From the IMG/VR virus record IMGVR_UViG_3300035193_000016: DNA of 38,378 nt, one strand, 5' to 3'. A program made the translations under genes and the position numbers. The stretch is from a virus. Below the pieces are notes generated by a model. The model was not told the origin of the DNA. It did not search any database and was given only the letters and a program-made list of their open reading frames with translations. Below, piece after piece: positions 34,104 through 38,378 of the stretch; within the stretch, counting starts at the first letter, position 1, and each line of letters starts with the position of its first letter.

Positions 34104-34903
34104 CGCCACCACCTCAGAAGCTCGACGTGGAGGACGTCGGGATCGTTGGAGTAGTTCTCAGCGAATTGCCTCCAGACGCATTCGTGATCTGCTGCGTAGG
34201 CCATCCCACCCTTTTCACTCATGCTGACATCCTCAGGTGCCACCGCAGGATCGAAGCCTCGCGGGCGGATTTGGTCGTAGGGTTCCGATGGTGAGAGGTT
34301 GCTGTACTCTGATACCTCCCCACCATTAGCCATCCATCCAGCGGTCCAAGCGTCCCAGTCATCATTCCGCATCTCAACAGGCAGACCAACCGGAAAAAGC
34401 GGTGCCTCGGGATCGCGGCCGGTCCATGTGCGCTTCAGAAGGTGGTAGGCGACGATGCGATTTGTCTCAGTAGGTATTCCACGACCCCACCCGTAGAAAT
34501 GACCATCAGCCTTGCCCTCCGCACACTCGCACACGTACCCGTCCGCCCAGGCATACCCCCACTCCCCAGCCTTCGCATCGGGGATCTGGCACTCGCCTCC
34601 GTTGTGCGCTACCCAGCCGTCGCCGGGGAGAGGTATAATAGTAGAATAGACATGATCCAAATCTCTCAGGTATGCCATGTGGTGCCGAGTCTTCTTTTTT
34701 GGTGAACTCCACGCATGGCTATGTTCATCAAACCAACGAATATACCATTCGCCCGTAGAATTTAATCTCACCACCGCCCATGTGTTGCGCGGAGGCTCAG
34801 GCGACCAATCATCATTATCTGGTAACTTCACCAGAACCTTGTCGAGTTGACGCTGCCCGACCATTTCCTCGCGGATGATCTCTCTCACTCGTTCTTCAGT
34901 CAT
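34100..34903 (-). CDS. hypothetical 267-aa protein (Trp/Gly-rich)
   Basis: It shares its first 8 codons (MTEERVRE) and part of its leader with the upstream gene. No family recognised. Confidence 0.6.
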   Translation of the reverse strand: MTEERVREIIREEMVGQRQLDKVLVKLPDNDDWSPEPPRNTWAVVRLNSTGEWYIRWFDEHSHAWSSPKKKTRHHMAYLRDLDHVYSTIIPLPGDGWVAHNGGECQIPDAKAGEWGYAWADGYVCECAEGKADGHFYGWGRGIPTETNRIVAYHLLKRTWTGRDPEAPLFPVGLPVEMRNDDWDAWTAGWMANGGEVSEYSNLSPSEPYDQIRPRGFDPAVAPEDVSMSEKGGMAYAADHECVWRQFAENYSNDPDVLHVELLRWWR

Positions 34904-35588
34904 TGGGTGCCTCCATGGCCGACTTAAGCAGCCTATTCAACATCCGAGTCAGACGACGATTTTGTTTTCGCGCCGCCGCATCCCATGCCGCATCCATTGC
35001 CGCAGCCCTTGCCGCATCCCTTACCGCATCCCTTGCCGCAGCCCATGCCGCATCCCTTGCCGCATCCCTTGCCGCAGCCCATGCCGCAGCACTTGCCGCA
35101 GCCCATGCCGCATCCCATGCCGCAGCACTTGCCGCAGCCCATGCCGCATCCCATGCCGCAGCACTTGCCGCAGCCCATGCCGCAGCCCGGATGTCCTCGT
35201 CTCCGGTCTTAAGATATCGGACTACTATTTCTGGGGCATCCCACAGATGGATCACATCAAGGGCGCACATGCGGGCGAACTTCCTTAGCACCTTGGTTGC
35301 GTCTACGCCGGGTTGCTGGACGAATGCCTTGCCGACTACCTTGTCATCGCCTCGAACGATGTCCTCAAGCGGCCGCTTGCTGATCCATGGTCCGGGGGCG
35401 TACCACAAGGCGTCGATCACCTGCTCACTACCATGGTAGCCGCGCTCACACAGGATGGGTTCGCACTCGATAGCATATCGCTTACCGTTCTCAACAAGCG
35501 TGCCGTCACTCATGACCGGGCGTCCCTTTTCGTCCATCGCGCAGAAGTGCCAGTAGGTTTTCATCTCTCTCACTCGTTCTTCAGTCAT
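34896..35588 (-). CDS. protein with C-terminal Ala/Trp helical tandem repeats (Imm5-like putative immunity-type repeat)
   Basis: [21 protein letters not shown] is followed by ([12 protein letters not shown])n and [17 protein letters not shown] recall this pattern from Imm-5-like alpha-repeat proteins. Confidence 0.55.
   Translation of the reverse strand: MTEERVREMKTYWHFCAMDEKGRPVMSDGTLVENGKRYAIECEPILCERGYHGSEQVIDALWYAPGPWISKRPLEDIVRGDDKVVGKAFVQQPGVDATKVLRKFARMCALDVIHLWDAPEIVVRYLKTGDEDIRAAAWAAASAAAWDAAWAAASAAAWDAAWAAASAAAWAAARDAARDAAWAAARDAVRDAARAAAMDAAWDAAARKQNRRLTRMLNRLLKSAMEAPND
34975..35190. repeat. 18 x 12-bp tandem repeat (GCCGCAkCCCwT) with a 36-bp higher-order unit
   Basis: Read directly from the sequence. 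The array has no stop codon in five of the six frames (five overlapping track ORFs span it). Confidence 0.9.
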
Positions 35589-35638
35589 TGGTTTCCTCCC
35601 AAATGCCGGATGTTACTCTTCTCCCTTGCTGCCCATGC

Positions 35639-35833
35639 CTATCCCCTACTCGGGAAGATGCCGAAAATACACCAGTCCGACATTGCCTTACTCGAATCCT
35701 CTCGTTTTCGGTACTTACGTTCAAACACAAGCACACCGTACTGGTAGAATCTGACGCGCCGGCGACCGAACAGTGGTTTGCACTCGATAGCGGAGTACCC
35801 GGCGGTGACTGTTTTTGTGTTGACGATTACCAT
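35639..35833 (-). CDS. hypothetical protein (first gene of the leftward operon)
   Basis: The ATG at 35833 is preceded by GAGGAGAG. 64 aa. Confidence 0.5.
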   Translation of the reverse strand: MVIVNTKTVTAGYSAIECKPLFGRRRVRFYQYGVLVFERKYRKREDSSKAMSDWCIFGIFPSRG

Positions 35834-35910
35834 CTTCTCTCCTCTGGGACGTAGCTCTATCACTGACCCCGCAAGGCGTCCTCGGTGAGGGCGTCACCCG
35901 ATTGACTCCT

Positions 35911-35939
35911 ACTGTATCGCAATATCGGAAACGCGTCAA
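35911..35939 (-). promoter_or_regulatory. leftward sigma70-type promoter (TTGACG - 17 bp - TACAGT on the minus strand)
   Basis: -35 is the reverse complement of 35934-35939 and -10 the reverse complement of 35911-35916, with a 17-bp spacer. It faces the minus-strand gene cluster. Confidence 0.55.
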
Positions 35940-35949
35940 CAAAAAAATG

Positions 35950-35978
35950 TTGACACACATTAATTGCCGTGATAACTT
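35950..35978 (+). promoter_or_regulatory. rightward sigma70-type promoter (TTGACA - 17 bp - TAACTT with TGn extension)
   Basis: -35 TTGACA at 35950-35955, TG at 35970-35971, and -10 at 35973-35978. The ATG of the RHH gene lies 8 nt downstream with no SD. Confidence 0.55.
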
Positions 35979-35985
35979 GCTTTCT

Positions 35986-36171
35986 ATGAGCGAGACAGAA
36001 ACGAAGAGTGATGAAATCAAGGCGATTGGCGCCCGGATTCCGATGGGTCTGTACGCCGCCGTGCGGCTGGCTGCGGCTCGGAGACTCATGTCGCTGAACG
36101 AGTACATTATTGTGTCGCTGGAGAATCAGGCGAAGGCCGACGCGGAGCATAGTGATGCCCCGCAGCGTTGA
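35986..36171 (+). CDS. ribbon-helix-helix (Arc/CopG-like) transcriptional regulator
   Basis: IGARIPMGLYAAVRLAAARRLMSLNEYIIVSLE gives a beta-strand followed by two helices, typical of RHH proteins. 61 aa from the internal ATG of track ORF 35902... Confidence 0.6.
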   Translation: MSETETKSDEIKAIGARIPMGLYAAVRLAAARRLMSLNEYIIVSLENQAKADAEHSDAPQR

Positions 36172-36403
36172 GACTGTCTATCCAGTGACCGATACGCGCC
36201 GAGCTGCCGTGCTCCAATCGCTGATTGACACGGCTCGGATGCGTTGGGGTGATGACATAACCCGGTGCTCTGGTAAATCGTCGTGGGACGAGTGCCTTAC
36301 CATGCTCCCTGATGGACGGATGGCACTGTGGTTCAACGACAGCAGCAACTCGACGCACATTCAGACGTACCGGCCCGTCGATAGACCGGGTGGAGTGAGC
36401 TGA
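36155..36403 (+). CDS. hypothetical protein
   Basis: The ATG at 36155 lies in frame within track ORF 36110... Its 3' end contains copy B of the 34-bp element. Confidence 0.5.
   Translation: MPRSVETVYPVTDTRRAAVLQSLIDTARMRWGDDITRCSGKSSWDECLTMLPDGRMALWFNDSSNSTHIQTYRPVDRPGGVS
36362..36395 (+). promoter_or_regulatory. 34-bp conserved leader/boundary element, copy B
   Basis: cagacgtaccggcccgtcgatagaccgggtggag ends 7 nt before the ATG at 36403. Confidence 0.6.
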
Positions 36404-36753
36404 TGAAGAAACGCATGATTACCATCGAACAACTCCGCAATGCTGACGCATGCAGCGAGCAGGTAGAGTTGTTCCGCGAGCTCTTTGGCGAGCGAACCTA
36501 CGTGACAGAAGCAAAAGCGCAAAGATTTGCCACCAAGTTTAATTTCGAGTGGGCGAAAAAGTTACTGACCGCCCAGGCGTGGGAGGCGTACAGCAAGGCG
36601 ACCGCACCGGCGCGGAAGGCGTACATCAAGGCGATCGCACCGGCGCGGGAGGCGTACATCAAGGCGATCGCCCAGGAGCAGGATGCGTACGAAAAGGCGA
36701 TCGCCCAGGCGTGGGCCCGGGCCTACATCAACGACGTGCCGGCCCGTGGGTAG
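36403..36753 (+). CDS. protein with Ala/Tyr helical tandem repeats
   Basis: The N-terminal ITIEQLRNADACSEQVELFRELFG is followed by (A.A.AR.AYIKAIA)n repeats. Confidence 0.6.
   Translation: MKKRMITIEQLRNADACSEQVELFRELFGERTYVTEAKAQRFATKFNFEWAKKLLTAQAWEAYSKATAPARKAYIKAIAPAREAYIKAIAQEQDAYEKAIAQAWARAYINDVPARG
36586..36717. repeat. 4 x 33-bp tandem repeat (gcgtacatcaaggcgatcgcaccggcgcgggag)
   Basis: Units begin at 36586, 36619, 36652 and 36685. The first three are near-identical and the last diverges. Confidence 0.85.
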
Positions 36754-36778
36754 GCCACTACCACGTGGGGCGCTTTTT
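36742..36778 (+). terminator. weak intrinsic terminator candidate
   Basis: cccgtgg/ccacg(t)gg forms a stem with one bulge and an 11-nt loop, followed by gcgcTTTTT. It overlaps the stop codon at 36751-36753. Confidence 0.3.
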
Positions 36779-36787
36779 GGAGGTTTC

Positions 36788-36982
36788 ATGGCATCGACAT
36801 ACAAGACAATCGTATCACTCGAACGCGCGGCGGAGATATTTCGGGCGATCGGGCTTCGGACGCTCGACACCGATCGCGAGGTATCTATTACAGAGGCAGA
36901 ACAGTACATCCCGGCTGATACGTTCGCCGAGTTTCTCGAGGTGAATCGATCGCGGTATCTGTTCCGGGAGGCTGGCGTATGA
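36788..36982 (+). CDS. hypothetical protein
   Basis: The ATG at 36788 follows TGGAGG. 64 aa. Confidence 0.5.
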   Translation: MASTYKTIVSLERAAEIFRAIGLRTLDTDREVSITEAEQYIPADTFAEFLEVNRSRYLFREAGV

Positions 36983-37221
36983 TTCGCAACGTAGAGGTCG
37001 AGGTCGAGGGCGTCAAACTCAATGTCCAGTGCGATGTCTACAACGATAGGCGCATTCGCCACGACTCGTGGTGGTTTGAGGTTAAGATCACGGTCGACGA
37101 ACACGATGACCTTACGGCGTTGCTCAAACATTTCAGCCATACTGAGCCTTGGGGAGCCTATGACAAGCTCATGGAGCAGATCGAAGCACAGCTTATCGAA
37201 CAGGAGGACTCCCATGGCTGA
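36979..37221 (+). CDS. hypothetical protein
   Basis: 80-aa ORF with an ATGA overlap upstream. Confidence 0.5.
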   Translation: MIRNVEVEVEGVKLNVQCDVYNDRRIRHDSWWFEVKITVDEHDDLTALLKHFSHTEPWGAYDKLMEQIEAQLIEQEDSHG

Positions 37222-38080
37222 CAATCAACTGGATTTGAACGAAGAGCAAGAAGCCGAGGCAGTCGTGGCCCGCATAGATGAGGCGCTCACATCGATCGAG
37301 GACGAGTCCCGTGGTGTGGTGGTGCGCAAGCGTTCGGAGGTTGCGGAACCGAATCATGGATCTGTCGACGCGCTCATTGAGCTCGCTATCTCGCGCGATG
37401 CTGACATGGATAAGCTCGAGCGGCTGATTGCGCTCAAAGATCAACAGGAGGCGAAGCAGGCGAAAGCAGAATTCGATCGGCACTTCGCCGAGATGCAATC
37501 CGCCCTTTCTCGCCTTGGGCCGGCACCTCGCAGCAAGAAAGGCGAGAAGGGGATGTACGCGCCGATCGAGGTGTTGTCAAGACATTACAGCAAGACGATA
37601 TCAGATCACGGATTCGCATTCCGGTTCTACGAGGAGCCGATCGAGGACGGCAGGCTCGAGGTGTTCTGCGACGTATCCGGCTACGGGCACACGCGAACCA
37701 ATTCGAAGATCATGCCTGTGTACGAGCCCGAGAAGTCATCCGGAGGACGGCCCATTCAGAACGTACTGCAAGCCGAGGGGGTGCGATCGACCTACGGACA
37801 GCGTTACGCATTTATCGCGGCGTTTGGTCTCGTAAGCGAGGAAAACGACACCGACGGAGAGCCCGATTTCTCGTGGCTGGATGGCGTCAAGTACGCGGAG
37901 TATATCAACGCAATCGAGGCGCAAACGACGATCGAGGATGCCAGGGCTGCTGGGCGCGACGCATACAAGGCTCTGGAGGAACAGCACGACGAGCGCGGCA
38001 TGGCGATGATCACGCAAGTGACCACCGCTCACAAAAAATATCTCGCGACCAAGAACGGGGTTGACGATGCGAATCGTTGA
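37214..38080 (+). CDS. erf: ERF-family single-strand annealing protein
   Basis: The ATG at 37214 follows CAGGAGG. MYAPIEVLSRHYSKTISDHGF and QAEGVRSTYGQRYAFIAAFGLVSEENDTDGE match the ERF core and its conserved G-S-x-x-TYxxRY...G...D-D region. Confidence 0.7.
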   Translation: MADNQLDLNEEQEAEAVVARIDEALTSIEDESRGVVVRKRSEVAEPNHGSVDALIELAISRDADMDKLERLIALKDQQEAKQAKAEFDRHFAEMQSALSRLGPAPRSKKGEKGMYAPIEVLSRHYSKTISDHGFAFRFYEEPIEDGRLEVFCDVSGYGHTRTNSKIMPVYEPEKSSGGRPIQNVLQAEGVRSTYGQRYAFIAAFGLVSEENDTDGEPDFSWLDGVKYAEYINAIEAQTTIEDARAAGRDAYKALEEQHDERGMAMITQVTTAHKKYLATKNGVDDANR

Positions 38081-38378
38081 GTGCGTTCAAGGTTCGCCAG
38101 AATGGGAACAAGCACGCTGCGGCATTATCACAGCGTCACGTATCTCCGACATCCTCGCGCAAGGACGTGGCGGAGCGCCGTCGGCGAGCCGAAAAAACTA
38201 CATGATGGAGCTGCTCGTTGAGCGGCTCACCTGGCAGCCAGCCGAGCACTACCGCAGCCAGGCCATGGAACGCGGATCGGAGGAGGAGGCAGGTGCGCGC
38301 ACGCTGTACGAGTTTCGCACCGATGCGATCGTCACCGAGGTTGGTCTGGTGCTGCATCCGACGCTCGACTATCTTGCC
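38067..38378 (+). CDS. YqaJ/lambda-Exo-like recombination exonuclease, N-terminal part (runs off the window and continues at 2-448)
   Basis: The ATG at 38067 overlaps the ERF stop. MRIVECVQGSPEWEQARCGIITASRISDIL is the YqaJ N-terminal signature. Confidence 0.85.
   Translation, partial: MRIVECVQGSPEWEQARCGIITASRISDILAQGRGGAPSASRKNYMMELLVERLTWQPAEHYRSQAMERGSEEEAGARTLYEFRTDAIVTEVGLVLHPTLDYLA
38252..38378. repeat. terminal direct repeat copy 2 (identical to 1-127)
   Basis: See copy 1. Confidence 0.95.

Noticed and set aside
34975-35190. Possible CRISPR array. The same was considered for the repeats at 5697-5804 and 36586-36717.
   Set aside because: The repeats are contiguous 12- or 33-bp units with no unique spacers, and they lie inside coding genes in frame.
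34875-35439. Three plus-strand ORFs (PHPLPQP..., [11 protein letters not shown]... repeats) and a second minus-strand ORF ([10 protein letters not shown]...) across the 12-bp repeat array.
   Set aside because: The GCCGCA-type repeat simply lacks stop codons in these frames. Only the 34896-35588 frame has a start with an SD, a non-repetitive N-domain, and coupling to its neighbours.

Overview
The window is a complete, circularly closed tailed-phage genome of about 38.25 kb with siphovirus-type architecture. Bases 1-127 recur exactly at 38252-38378, so the YqaJ-like exonuclease gene cut by the window edge is intact (38067 -> 448).

Layout:
- A divergent promoter region at about 35.9 kb drives two arms. 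Leftward is a 12-gene minus-strand cluster of small accessory genes (35833 -> 30953). Rightward is a long operon starting with a ribbon-helix-helix regulator.
- The rightward arm continues with a recombination module (ERF annealase, YqaJ exonuclease, HNH, SSB, RuvC-like resolvase).
- Next comes a roughly 500-bp non-coding RNA island (one near-canonical tRNA-like gene plus an orphan tRNA-like T-arm).
- Then an ASCH-like protein, an orphan beta-class DNA methyltransferase, and a replisome-organiser gene with internal 12-bp iterons.
- A consensus sigma70-type promoter at 7666 heads a run of small early/middle genes.
- A compact nonulosonic-acid (pseudaminic/legionaminic-type) CMP-sugar biosynthesis cassette lies at 9397-13176.
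- A second consensus promoter at 13202 precedes a PAPS-reductase-like gene, then the packaging, head and tail modules. These are small and large terminase, SPP1-type portal, Mu-F-like protein, scaffold, major capsid protein, connectors, major tail protein, G/GT chaperones with a -1 frameshift, tape measure and tail fibre.

The most unusual feature is the sugar cassette combined with two tandem paralogous enzyme-like genes (20308-21704) sitting directly after the capsid gene and a Ser/Thr-rich 152-aa protein. I interpret this, as a hypothesis, as a virion or surface nonulosonic-acid glycosylation system.

I could not recognise an integrase, an endolysin, or a CRISPR array. All family calls come from motif recognition by eye and need profile searches.
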